This document shows, in pieces, positions 1-12,700 of a stretch of 64,000 bases of DNA. The stretch's first letter is position 1, and the number at the start of each line of letters is the position of its first letter. The stretch is from Phoronis australis. Its lineage: Eukaryota; Animalia; Phoronida. The notes under the pieces are model-generated. The model ran no database searches and was not told where the DNA came from. It saw only the letters and a program-made list of their open reading frames with translations. The translations under genes and the position numbers were made by a program. The stretch spans positions 1-64,000 of the forward strand of contig NMRA01000534.1 in the NCBI GenBank assembly GCA_002633005.1, read 5' to 3'.

Positions 1-996
1 GGCCTTCGTTTTCGTTTTTTTTTTTGGGCACGCCTCTTGTTTTAGCTTACTTGTTTGACCATTAATAAAACAGGTGGGGTCAAGTTGAACATTTCCTCCA
101 CTCAGAACATATACCCGTGCATGAATTTAAATGCTAGCATTACCTAGATGCTCCAGAGGATTTTATTTTCGTTCTTACAATGAGTCCGTAAGATGTGTGT
201 CATTTGACTTCTTTACTATGACATGGATCGGCGTGAGGCCCCTGTAGTCATAAAGCCCCCCCCNCCCCGGCAAGTGGGCCCTGTGGTAAAGACGGCACTG
301 TACGTGAGTGACATTTCTTTTCTGGCTATTGCTTCCCGGGTGTCCTTCCACTGTTCTTCTATTGAATGATGACCAGCCCATTTTTTTTTCTTATTTTCCC
401 GATTTCTGCATAATTTGTCCAAATGTGTGAGGGGGTAATTGCTCCCACCGCGCCTGTATCGCTATGGCCGGGGAACATTTTCCACACAAGACTTTTTGAC
501 AATAGATGTCGCTAAAAGTATCATCCGAAAAATAACATCCAATGCACTACCCGTTGTAAAGAGAAGACAACATGCGTTCTGGACCCGTTCGAAACAATCT
601 GCAGTGTTGCTAGATTTGACAACAATCAGGATCAGCTGTGCTGTTTAAGTCAGGAGTGTCGAGTCGAGAGCAGAGAGACATTCATTGTTCGTTATCTCTT
701 ACATCCCATACAATCATAAACTTGAACTGAGTTGAAGATGATACGTACTGCGTCGTGCTGTCAGATAAACTGTCACTGGACACTGGGCTGGTCGGATATC
801 TAGCGAGTACTGTGATGTAGCGGTCCCTGATTTAGGGAGTCGGTTTCATCTGCTGAATAACCTGATGATGGGTCCGTTCTTCAATGAGTGCCTGATTCTC
901 TAAATCAGGGGCCGCAAAATATAGTCCGATTACCTCTCGTCGTCAGTGTCTAAAGGTCGTCCGCCATCTTGTTTCGCGTGCAGCGCTGCCACGCGN

Positions 997-1317
997 GCTT
1001 GGCTGAGGCCCGCCTAAGTGCTACGTCGGAGCCTGCCTGCGCTGCTTCCGGCAGCTTGGCTGAGGCCCGCCTAAGTGCTACGTCGGAGCCTGCCTGCGCA
1101 GACTCCGGCAGCTTGGCTGAGGCCCGCCTAAGTGCTACGTCGGAGCCTGCCTGCGCTGCCTCCGGAAGCTTGGCTGAGGCCCGCCTAAGTGCTACGTCGG
1201 AGCCTGCCTGCGCTGCCTCCGGCAGCTTGGCTGAGGCCCGCCTAAGTGCTACGTCGGAGCATGCCTGCGCTCTGCCTCCGGCAGCTAGTGGCTGGGGGCC
1301 GCCGGCCTAAGTGCTAC
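997..1317. repeat. GC-rich 57-bp tandem repeat, about 5.5 copies
   Basis: Unit gcttggctgaggcccgcctaagtgctacgtcggagcctgcctgcgctgcctccggca starts at 997, 1054, 1111, 1168 and 1225; the left edge is an N join, so copy number is unreliable. Confidence 0.95.
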
Positions 1318-1552
1318 AATGTAATTGCAGGCGGTCTAATACACGTTGTACCAGAAGTGCGCAGGCCTCGCATGTGGGCCCTTTGCACTGATCACCTGGA
1401 AATATTTTTATGCTTTATTAATATATGGTTATAACCGAGCTGAGGAGCTAGAAACCTGGCTCAAGGATTTAGCAGTGTGACCTGGTTGGGATTCGAACCC
1501 ACGACCTCGAGTCAAGAAAGCGCGCACTTATCAACCAGGCCACACTGCCTCC
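1310..1552 (-). mobile_element. tRNA-derived SINE
   Basis: Minus strand reads ggaggcagtgTGGCCTGGTTGAtaag...GGTTCGAATCCcaaccaggtcac...tccttgagc, giving Pol III A-like and B boxes followed by a non-tRNA body; a diverged copy lies at ~30080-30288. Confidence 0.8.
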
Positions 1553-2302
1553 TCTGCCTTTTGTTTAGGGTAACATACACTATACATGTATCAGGATCAC
1601 TAACTTTTACATTCTAAAGAAAAAAGAAAGGAGTTTATTTATAGACTTTTTGTGGAAAGTCCTAGACAGCAACCAATGTGATGAGTTACGCATCACAGTA
1701 GATTTCAACGCTACGTGATAGATGTTTGTCCAATTTTCATCTTTCAGAAAACCTTTATTGCACTAGCTTAAACACAGCCCTAGCGACAACTCGTTCCAGG
1801 AGTAACTTGTTCTAGAGTAAGTTTGTGTTTATGGACGGCACTTAGAACAAGCTACCTCGTTTATATTATTAGAGCTTAGTGTGACCTTGAAACTAGCCTC
1901 GTTGCATTGAGTATTTCTGGCTGTCTGCTCGACTGAGTTTTGATCGACTGTTGTAGTTACAAAATCAAGCCTAAGTTCATTGCTTCATTTCCATTTTGTT
2001 ATTATAGTTCATCAAGCGAGAGTCTTGAGTACGGTTCCATACAACCAGCGATTTCTCAGCAAAATTAGTCAAGACAACAAACCCGTCAATTACACTGGTC
2101 ATTCTTTATAAGCACCTGTGGCCCTCGGTGGATGCTGGGACTAGTGGTTTGGCCTCTGATATCTTTTCAGCTCCAGTCATAGAACCACTTTCGACAACTT
2201 ATCATACTACATGCCGCGAGTTTTTCAACTCGACATTTTTGTTTGTCAAAATCCTGTTTCAGTGTTTTACGGAAAGAAATTACACTGGACTAAATGAAAA
2301 TT

Positions 2303-2337
2303 GTGTGTATGTGTGTTTGTGTGTGTATTTGTGTGTG

Positions 2338-2369
<32 letters not shown>

Positions 2370-2405
2370 CGTGCGCGTGCGTGCGCGTGTGCTCGTGCGC
2401 GTGTG
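2303..2405. repeat. (GT)n / (GC)n microsatellite
   Basis: About 100 bp of alternating purine-pyrimidine dinucleotides. Confidence 0.95.
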
Positions 2406-2407
2406 AG

Positions 2408-2646
2408 TATTATTACGGCAACGGCAACGGCCTGACCTGGCCCGACCCCGGCGTCGGCCCTGGTGTGTGAAAACTAATAATTATTGCTTGTACTGTATCA
2501 TGATGATCGATGAACTTTTGAAACAATTTTGAAATACATAACTTTGAAGTACAAAAAACGCCACCACACGTGTTTTGAATATGACGACAAAGTTTTGTGG
2601 AATCTGGTGAGTACAGGGCGTGGGCCTTCGTTTTCGTTTTTTTTTT
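2408..2646. repeat. Repeat element truncated by the gap; its end matches the first bases of the window
   Basis: ggccttcgttttcgttttttttt occurs at 1-25 and again immediately before the gap (2623-2646). Confidence 0.55.
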
Positions 2647-3277
2647 NNNNNNNNNNNNNNNNNNNNNNNNNNNNNNNNNNNNNNNNNNNNNNNNNNNNNN
2701 NNNNNNNNNNNNNNNNNNNNNNNNNNNNNNNNNNNNNNNNNNNNNNNNNNNNNNNNNNNNNNNNNNNNNNNNNNNNNNNNNNNNNNNNNNNNNNNNNNNN
2801 NNNNNNNNNNNNNNNNNNNNNNNNNNNNNNNNNNNNNNNNNNNNNNNNNNNNNNNNNNNNNNNNNNNNNNNNNNNNNNNNNNNNNNNNNNNNNNNNNNNN
2901 NNNNNNNNNNNNNNNNNNNNNNNNNNNNNNNNNNNNNNNNNNNNNNNNNNNNNNNNNNNNNNNNNNNNNNNNNNNNNNNNNNNNNNNNNNNNNNNNNNNN
3001 NNNNNNNNNNNNNNNNNNNNNNNNNNNNNNNNNNNNNNNNNNNNNNNNNNNNNNNNNNNNNNNNNNNNNNNNNNNNNNNNNNNNNNNNNNNNNNNNNNNN
3101 NNNNNNNNNNNNNNNNNNNNNNNNNNNNNNNNNNNNNNNNNNNNNNNNNNNNNNNNNNNNNNNNNNNNNNNNNNNNNNNNNNNNNNNNNNNNNNNNNNNN
3201 NNNNNNNNNNNNNNNNNNNNNNNNNNNNNNNNNNNNNNNNNNNNNNNNNNNNNNNNNNNNNNNNNNNNNNNNNNNNN
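2647..3277. other. Assembly gap (631 N)
   Basis: Run of N; the X-filled ORFs spanning it are artefacts. Confidence 1.
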
Positions 3278-6200
3278 GTTGAAGTAGAGTTGCTGTAAAC
3301 CACTTTCCACTATTTTCTTGGCCTTTTTCTGTGTGGTTTTCTGTCCTTTCAAAAGGCGGCAGCACATGACGACCATAGGTGTCATTATAAAATGGCTGCC
3401 GAAAAGCAATGCACAGTTGAACAACTCGGCTTAAGTAAAAGAAAACGTTTGAATCAACGAATACTATATATTTGTGAGAGTTAAATCAAGTCCTATTCAG
3501 ATCATAACTTTGAAGTGGAATAATTGGGTGAGTAAGACAACAAGCCGGTTTTATGCTTAGGCGGACGACTATAGGGTTTCGGAGTGTACGACCTGTCACT
3601 ATCGTAGTATGTTCCGGTGCATATTTGCCAACTGCCCGCTTTTTGAAGCTTTAATTTGTCCCACCACAACCCGCGAGCATCCCAAATTAATAACTCGCTT
3701 TTTGACACACGCTACGAAATTTTGCATAATAGTTTCGTGTGTTTTCCTGTGTTTCCATCTTTTATCCCTGTTCTCCCCCAGTACTACATTATAAACAAAT
3801 GAAGCAAAAAACAATGCCTTTAGCTTAGCATGTTTCTGAATGTTGCTGCAGACATTAGCCTTGTTGGTGCAAATGTACATATCTGTTCCGGGTCTTCATA
3901 CAGCTGGCACACATTTTTCTCTTGCGCCATGTCTAGATTCAGGTGCCGGCCATTTTTTCATTTACGCGTTTGGTAACTATGTGACTTCAGCAATCTTTGC
4001 GCTTTCAAGTCAGGTGAGGCAAGATCGCCACCATTTAACCGAAACCCCCACTCAAATTTCACAACTCTCCAAGTCTTTGAATGCCCCATGCAACTTTGCT
4101 CCCCTGGGTGCCATACCGTGACATTCAAAACATCTGTTAATTTGCTGCGTATTCAACATTTTTACCTGAAAAACAAAATTGTTGTGATTATTACTGTGGT
4201 GGTACCTTTTACTCCTGATGTTAAAAATGTATTTCAGTCCATACATTATTATCCATACGCCTGTAGGTCAGTTCTAATGGGTGGTCTAGTGGTGTGAGTG
4301 GTCATCTATTTGAACATAATTGATATTGATGGGAATCCTCTACATGTGTTAAAATATCTGCATGGTAGTTGTTTGTGGTTATGGTCTGCTTATCTACTGT
4401 ATTTTCCCTAATTAGTGCCATGGGTCTACTTAGAAAATTCATTGATGATATCAATTGTCATTGGTGCTCAAGTGAGCCTGCCTTTGTGCTTGAGAACAAA
4501 GTCATTGATCTCTACCCCCTTCCTAAGGGTTTATCAAAGGTGTGCTACATTGCATTCAACATGTTGTGAGTTTATTCAGGTGCTCCTGAATTGGCTGAAA
4601 AGGCTCCAAAGTTTACTTGTTGATCAGTTCTATAAATATCCACTCAGTTAGAACATGAGACATGTGGTGAGGTCGTTGTAAGGGCATAGGTGTCTATCAA
4701 TAAGAATTTAATTTCGAAAATGCATTTTGTGATGAATATACATTCTCAGACTGCAACCGAGATATCACAAGATGAAATGGGCAGTCACAGTTTTCTAATT
4801 GACTATAGTGTGTGTTAGTATTCATATCTATTTTAGTGGACATGTACATACTCAATTTTCAATCCTCAACTTGTAAAAATGTTTCTTGTGGGCTGTTCTT
4901 AAAAGTGCGACAAGAATCTGCCATGACACTCCCAGGTAAGGCTATTATGTCCAGAATGAAACATTTGGATCAATCACCAAGTTTTGTTTTCTTTGAACTT
5001 TCCATTCTGTCAGTAGGGGTGTGTGGCGGGCCTTTGTGAATTAATTCAATGCTGACTTGTTCGTTCATTCATTTAACTATGGAGTAAAGATTTGTGTCAT
5101 CATGTTTTATACCGGCCAAGCTGAGTCCAGTTGAATTTGTCAAAGACGAGAGTATTCCAACTTTAAAATTGTAAACCCCAAGAGAAAGTGTTGCTTAATT
5201 TTCACCTTCTTTCAAATAAGACAGCAGGTGAACCCATTTACCTGGTTTTGTTGTGAAACACCTTACGAATGCAGTACATGCATGATTGTGTCAAAAGGAA
5301 AGTAACCATTTTATGTATGGTGAACATGATGGTATCAAGCAGAGTTCATACTGAGGACTGGTTTCATGTTTGTTGGCCTGAAGGTGAGGGGTTCAGTTGT
5401 ATTCAGTCTCCCCTACGTGTATATTATTACCCTAAGCGGAATACTGTAATAAGCCACTAAGGGCCCAAGTTAATATAGTCTCAGCCTATGGTGAATGGAT
5501 CTCAGAAATGCTTTGCCTGAGTCTAGTTTGAGGAAATTTGTACTGTAATCTCTTTAAAACTAATAATATTTCATAAACATTTTGTCAGTGTTCAATCTTT
5601 TGTTACAACCTGACCCAGTCTTGCTCAGGGTGCTCTTAAAAAGTTGATCAACTTAAAATTATTCACTGTGTCTCACTGCAGTTACCATTAGTGACAATGT
5701 AATTATTTGGGTGAATGACCCGACTTAGGAAGACTACACTGAACTCTAGTAAATGCGTTTTTTAGCTGAAGACTGAACTGCTATCTGTGAAGATTCTTCT
5801 CAGCTGCTGGCAAAAGATAATTAAGTTGTAATCTCTTCACCATATGTTTCAGTGCTGTGGGTTCTGCTGTAGTCTGTGGAGGTGTGTGTACATAAAGACA
5901 GTTCACCTGATCCCACTGGTATACTGGAATAATGGGAACGTGTTTTTGTTGTGCCTGAACTATTCATGAATTTGAATTCTCACGGATGACTGCCTTTTCA
6001 CAGTCAGTTGTCACAGTCTTCATATCAGCCAGTGAGCCAGTTGGAGTATGCTTGTAGAAGCTGTGCTATAGAGATACAGAAACTCTGTTTGTACGAGGGC
6101 TAAATGGGAAAATTGCATTTGCCTAGCTTGTTAAGAGCAAAAAGTTTCCATTAAAGGATTTCTGTCGAGGCTGATAGGCATTTAATGTTGCAGCTGCGGA

Positions 6201-6618
6201 TCTAAGTTGGTCAGTGTGCTATTATCTATAAAGCATCATCCTCGTAGGTGTCTGGTCTGTCTTTTGTTAATGCTACCTTATGTGACATGTACTCTGCATG
6301 GTGTTCATGCCGCCAGTACACTGGAGAAACTACCTGTCCCATGGTTCTGTTGAGTTGAGCAGTGTCAGCTGGACTCGTCTCGGTTTTATGTTAGCATTCA
6401 CGCTAGTCTTTGCCGCACTGATTCACGACTTCTTGGCTGAACGTTACGTGCTAAGCATGGCATTCAATTGGCTGTTGGAGAGACTTGCACCAACGGGCTG
6501 GTACCAAAGAAACCTGGTGAGTTACGGTACAATACAAGACAAAAGTAATCGAACAAAACACCATTTTCCCATCATGACGGCTTAGTCAACAGCAAAATGA
6601 CTGGCAATAGCTATTCGG

Positions 6619-6761
6619 ATGGCAAAATTCCAATTACAGAATGGCTTAAGTCACCTTACTAAGTTTCCTGATAATTCCGCTTCATTTGTGGTCATGAGGG
6701 ATGACTACTCTGGCGATGAATTTTGCTTTCTCTTAGCCGTTACGGAAGGGATTAATTCCAG
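6619..6761 (+). CDS. Candidate first coding exon (MAKFQLQNGLSHLTKFPDNSASFVVMRDDYSGDEFCFLLAVTEGINS)
   Basis: ATGG start, 47 open codons, donor CAG|GTAATT in phase 2; no recognisable homology. Confidence 0.5.
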
Positions 6762-9700
6762 GTAATTTTGTCTGAGTACTTTGATGTGTTCTGTACGTAG
6801 TAAAGGTGTGGTGTGGTGAATTAACAAGAGTGTGTTTAGTTTGGAGAATTAACAAAGGTTATATTTGGGCCCCACTTGCCATGGCAACCTGAAACACCTG
6901 CAAAATGAGGAAAATGATTTAAGGCGTGGAATATTCATGGAAAATGAGATGGGGGTATAACAGTGTTATCTCTGCATGTATTCAAACCTGGTGCTGCACA
7001 GTTTTTGAAAACTTTTGCAACATATTTGAAAATCTTGAGCTTTGATCTGCTTTCCAAGACACATGGTTGATTCAGTGTTGCTTTGTGGAACTTATTTTGT
7101 ATTGTTTTTGGTGTAAATATAAGTGTCATGCTCAGGAATTGAAAACACTGAGTAAATTCAGTTGTTTTTGTAGCAGACAGAAAGATTAGCGAGTGCTCAA
7201 GTTTGCACCCATGTTTGGAGGTTTAGTGACGGAAAACCCTGTAAAAACTCATAGGAAGAGAAAAATTGTTCAAAGTCCTGGAAAATTCGGGGAAAATTGC
7301 TGTTTGAAAATAATAACCTTTGCAAGCACATATATCCAGTTAGTAAAATCTTAAATCATCGAGAATGAAAATTGCATGGTAAAGAAACCATGTTAAACAA
7401 AAATACAATAGAAGTGGAAATCAGTGCCCGGTTGCTTGAAACAATTCCTAATAGGGACTTGACTAAGTTCACTAAATCTACTGCGTATTCGTGGGCGTAT
7501 GAAAACACTGATTGTCCTTTCTTATGCTGTTCGAGTATCATTACTAAACAAGTTTTGGCTTTCATACAAATAGAGACTGAACTCTTATGTTGAATTCTCA
7601 ATATCACTGAAAATACCCAGGTATCTTTACGTGCAACGCCCCTTGTTTAAGGACTAAGTCCCTAATTATTTTGTTTGAATTAAGGGCTCAATTTTAAGTT
7701 ATATTATTAGAAAATTTTCATGAGTCAAAGAAGAGCTCATAATAAAGATAAAATGATAGAAAAAATAATACGTCTGTGAGTAAAGAACAAACCAAGTACG
7801 CAAAAGATTTATGGGACTTAGTTGAGTCCATATTTGGGACTGTTTCATGCAAGCGGCTTCAGAGAGATCTCCATTATAGAAGAGGGTCACTGTAGTGCTT
7901 CAACTGGTTCTCTTAATTATGAGGCAATAAGTTCCCCAGCCTGTGCAGAAAAGATTTCACTGAAAGAATTCTTACCAAATTGTAGTTGACTCCAACCAGC
8001 AGCACATGTATGTGCTTTAGTGCAATGATAGAAGTATATAGCTAGGGGAAATATCAATTGAATAAAAACAGTAATGTTATGCAATGACCCCCCCCCCAAC
8101 AGTGTTATCCAGCTACAGGTGGGCTTGCATTAAGTCTACTTGATGAAGAATAGCAACCAAATACCAACAGAGGACTTATTATAGAACAAAAGTTTTCTTT
8201 GTACCAGAACTTGTAGAAAATTGAATTTGCAAGTAGTTTTTTATGTGCCCCTAGGTGTACTTTGGTGTCATTTCTGTCCAGGTGTGTGGTGTCCATTGCT
8301 GTATCTCCTAAACCCCTGGCATGATGTGTTTCTTTGAGGATGACGATGGATGATGACTTTCAGACTATCCGATTACCGCAATTTTATTTTATTTTACCCC
8401 TGTATCTTCCAAGGTCTTTGGTGAATTTTTATGGTATTTGGTAAATAGGTTTCTATTCAGATGAAGACGACATCAATCCAAGTTTGTATGAATTCGACCT
8501 ATTTTGTGCTCCAAGTGGCTGTTTTTATTATTTTCTAGTCTGTTTTTGGTGTTTCCTGTCTATCTGTCAAACCACTGGAAGGATTATAATGAAAATTTCT
8601 AGAAGGATTATGAAAGCGAAAGTTGACAGATGTGTTCCTACTGAGAAGACTACAGCTGATGTTGATTTTTGGACGGGGTATGGCTACTGTAGCACTACCT
8701 CGTGGTATGTTTTGCGTCCACCTCTCCTTAACCCCTTGCAGAATCTTAGTCAGTGTACTCCCATGAATGTGACAACAGATGATGACGTTCGAGCGGATCT
8801 GACTGCCATTGTAACCCCTAATGGCAATATTTTACTTTTTACGCTTTCTTCTTTATCTTCCGAGTTCAGAGTTTCAAGAAATTACCAAACGGGTTTTTAT
8901 CTAAGAGACTACAAGGACCTTCCTTTTTTCACAGATTTTATGTTTTCTGTGCCACCTGGTGGCCATTTCTCTATTGTTTTCAAGTCTGTTTTTTGACATC
9001 CGTCCCTGTCCATCAAACCTCTCAAAGAATCCTAACAAAAACTGATAAATGAGTTTCTCACTTCTGACAAGAGTTCGATAGCCATTGATTTTGAGATGGT
9101 TTGACTACTGTGGTACTCCCTAGTAGTCCTTGGAAGCATACCGTTTGTGTTAAGTCGTGGGTGCATTCAATGCTTTGTGTTGCTCTTGTAGTTCATTCAT
9201 TATTATAAAATATAGATGACACAGGTTTCCCCAAACTCTGGCCTTTCTGAATGAGAAAAAATTCTCAATTGTAAACATGCACCTTTTATATCCTTTTTAT
9301 CTCCATGGAATTTTTTATGTTTTATACATTTTTGGTCGTGCTATCCAACCACCTGTTTACAATAAAACCACTAATGAGTGTCATTTTCTTCTAAAATAAC
9401 AAACCTTTTGTCTGTACATATCTTAAATATTATTGCATGTAGGTGACCTCTGTGTTACTGGTCTGAATGTTAACTGCGCTATTGTTGAGACATCATTTAT
9501 GATGTCTCCTGGTTCAAGTATTCCCCTTTGCCCAATAACTGGTCTGCACTGCCTGCTACAACTGCTGTAATTCTGGCTATACCTTGGGAGTAGTCAGCGG
9601 ATCTATTTTAACATGTCATTCATCAGCAGACTAAAAGTTTCTATTTTGAGGAGGGTAGGCAGTTATACAGTGTGACGAGGACCCAATAAATGGGTCCTAG

Positions 9701-12700
9701 TGTACAGTAATTCTTCACTTATTTTGCACAGAAATATTTGCTGAAGTTGTCATTTTTCTATTTTTGAAAGGCTCTTGTTTTATGTAATGGAAAATGCTTA
9801 TCAAATGTGACATCTGCACAGTGCACTAAACTAAATGATTGATTGACTGAAATTTTCTTAATTTTTCTTTTTATTGAGAAATTTTGCAAAATAAAATTTC
9901 AGTCGTCCACCCTATTGTGTGCTAAATAGGTGAAGAATTTCTGTATTATCATAATGTTCATTTTACAGTCTTGTATAGCGTGTTCATGTGGGTATTTTAT
10001 GACGAAAAAGCATGCCATTATATTGTAATATCGGGCATCAAAAGCAATGCCCGGTGACCATTTCTGATTTTGATAACTTCTGTTTTCCTTTCTCGGAAAT
10101 TGTCTCTATGCCAAACTATTTTTGAGTAGACCCAACAAATATCCATTTGCTTTGAACTGTGCTAAGTTATAGTGTTTGGTCCTCTAAGTCTATCCTATAT
10201 GTATCATTTATATACCATTGAAGCTAGAACTTTCTGGTTCCTGGATTGAAGAGAAAGCAATTCATTGTGGTTTTGTTCTATTGTTGTCTGAGACATGTGC
10301 TATCAGATATTGGTCTTTAATCCTCTCATCCCTCAGGTCTCCGTCCTTGCCCAAGTTGATGGCTTTTAGATTTTCACAGTCTTACTTATTTTCATATGGT
10401 GTTTTTTTCCAGTCTTACCAATACTGGGTATATCTTCTTTGATAATAAGGCCCTTGAAGTGGTTCCATTTGTGCACTTTCTTCACTTCACTAATCATCTG
10501 AAGAAGGTGTCTATAGGACATCAGTCAGACATACTTTTCCTTTCTGACATTGATAATAGTTTAGTGGTGGCATGTTTTGGAAAGATTTGTACACAGATTT
10601 CATTTTGGAGTTCACATATTTGAAAGCCTACACGAAAATGGTTGTCATACAAGTTTTTCAGTTGTTTTTGCACCACAAAATATTTGTTAAGCAGCAGCTT
10701 CGTAAAACTTTCCTTTAAGAAGAATTGTCTGGTTTATTGACAAAATTAAGTCATATGGTATGTAGTATCCCATTTGGTAATAATTCTTAGTTCTTAGCTA
10801 ATTCAGTATTATTTAATTGCATCTGCCTTGGAGCATTATTAAGTCAATTACTTGTTAATTACCTGCTGGTGATATCATTAGTAGATATGAAGGCTTGTTG
10901 TTCATTTAGTCTGGATTATAAGAGCCCTGTGTGTTAACTGCACTACTGAGCCCTGGGTGACACTATCCTAAAAACTTGAAGTGTATGTCCAAAATAAAGA
11001 TTTCCTTTTTGGAATAGCAGTATGTTCTTAACATGAATACTAGTATGAAACTGAGGATAAATTTAGTTTGTAGGTGTTTTCAAAGAATACTCAGTCATTA
11101 ATTATTTCATTTAAGAAAAACTACTTGAGAGGATCTCATTTTTTCTGATTCTGTAAGGTTTAATAGATATTTGTCCCGTTTCACAGCACCTTGCACTGTT
11201 GTCAAGCGACCTGTTTTTCAGGAAATATGATCTATAGTGTGGAGTAGACCAATTACTGCATTAGCGATGGCTTCACTGCACGGACTTAAAAATGAATGAT
11301 ATATCGCGGACTAAAAGTGGTGATTTTTGAAACTCATTGACTTCTGAAATTGAATGTCTTGTAAAATGTTAATATTAAAGGTCATTTTTACCCATTCAAA
11401 GAAATACAATAAAAAATGGCTGAAGTTGAAATGTTAGGTTTTGGTTCCCATGATTAAATGCTTGGGTGTAACTTTTGCCAGCTATCAACCTATCCACTTC
11501 AAGTGCCTGTGTGGAGAGCAAACTGGGGAAAGGCAAATTAAAGTAGTTATTACGCTCTTTCTCAATTGAGCTTGTCCAAGTGATAATTCACAATGTTTCG
11601 CGCCATTTACAAACCTCTCACTGAACTTCTTTTTTTGCTTTTTTCATTACTTACAATAATTAAAACAGTAAACGAAAACCTCAGGGAAATACCGTCGTTT
11701 TTTTGAACTCGAGCCATTTTGCAGTTGTGTGGCCAGTTTTGATCCTGTTCAAGTTGACCCTGGACACAGCTTTAGAATTTCCTCCCAGTGTTTTTCACAT
11801 TGAAATTTTAACTTAATTCATCTATTCAAGGTGTAAAGTCCCATTTACTCATAAACTTTTGGCCCACGCAACTGACACGGCGCGCGAATAGATCGGTGTC
11901 AAGCCTCCGTTTACACAACTCGTTTACACAACTCGCTAACTGTGGCAAGATGGAAGTTGTAGGCTGGAGAGACTGGATGATGCAGGTTTACAAATGGTGG
12001 GAGTTGCAGAGACCGAGAACCCGTATTTAGGTCTTTACACAAGCGCAGTAGATATGATCCTTTCCGGCCTTGCCTCAGCTTCGCGTTTAGACATATAATT
12101 GACACGAAGCAAGATGTTCTAGCGCAAATTGCTCTACCTCACAAACGGGTGGCAAAAGTTGTCACCGCGGTATCAAGTTGCTCCAGTTCAGTCCCGTTCA
12201 CACATATACTTGTGCTAGAACAACTCCTTCGTTCCCTGTCAGCTGATCTGTGTCAACTTATGTATTGTAAACCGCACTTAGTACATGGTGTAATGCCTTA
12301 TTTGTCAACAGCCTCAGCAATCAACTAATAGTTGCTTGACAAGGTCAGGGTAGAGGACTTGACCAATATTTTTGCATTTAGAGTTTTGAAACCTGTCTAG
12401 CAAAACCAGGAGGCTTGAACACTGGTACAAGCATCTCTCTGCTTCTTGTTTTGACCTTCGTTTATAAGGAAAAATGGTAAAACCTTGGGCGTTTAGGCCC
12501 TTTGCTTGTCCTGTTTTCAAATGCTAAGGGTTCAAAAAATAGTTGACCATTACACATTGAGTTGCCACACACAGTATCATTCTTGCTGTAGCTGCTCATT
12601 AGTACAGTGTTCATGTCTTGCTCTTTTACAAGGAAGATAAACAGTGCAGGTGATCACTGGTTTACTGGCCATACCAGAGGATCCCTGAGTAATGGCCTAC

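Noticed and set aside
843-900. Hammerhead ribozyme or SECIS element in the hairpin loop (CTGATGA)
   Set aside because: No GAAA follows a stem II, and there is no AUGA/GA quartet with an apical AA at SECIS spacing
969-1310. 113-aa ORF with SLAEARLSATSEPACAASG repeats; also considered as a CRISPR-like array
   Set aside because: It is a translation of a 57-bp tandem repeat with a non-ATG start spanning an N. Units are contiguous with no unique spacers, and the context is eukaryotic
1478-1552. tRNA gene on the - strand
   Set aside because: It has A/B boxes but no clean acceptor stem, continues into a body shared with another dispersed copy, and is therefore better called a SINE
2413-3424. Long ORFs of 220-308 aa
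   Set aside because: They are made of N-gap residues
6298-6585. 95-aa hydrophobic ORF upstream of the proposed start
   Set aside because: No homology or splice support. It could be a uORF in the 5' UTR but cannot be supported from sequence alone
8484-8996. 170-aa ORF
   Set aside because: It lies inside a non-autonomous DINE-like repeat, has a TTG start and shows no recognisable domain
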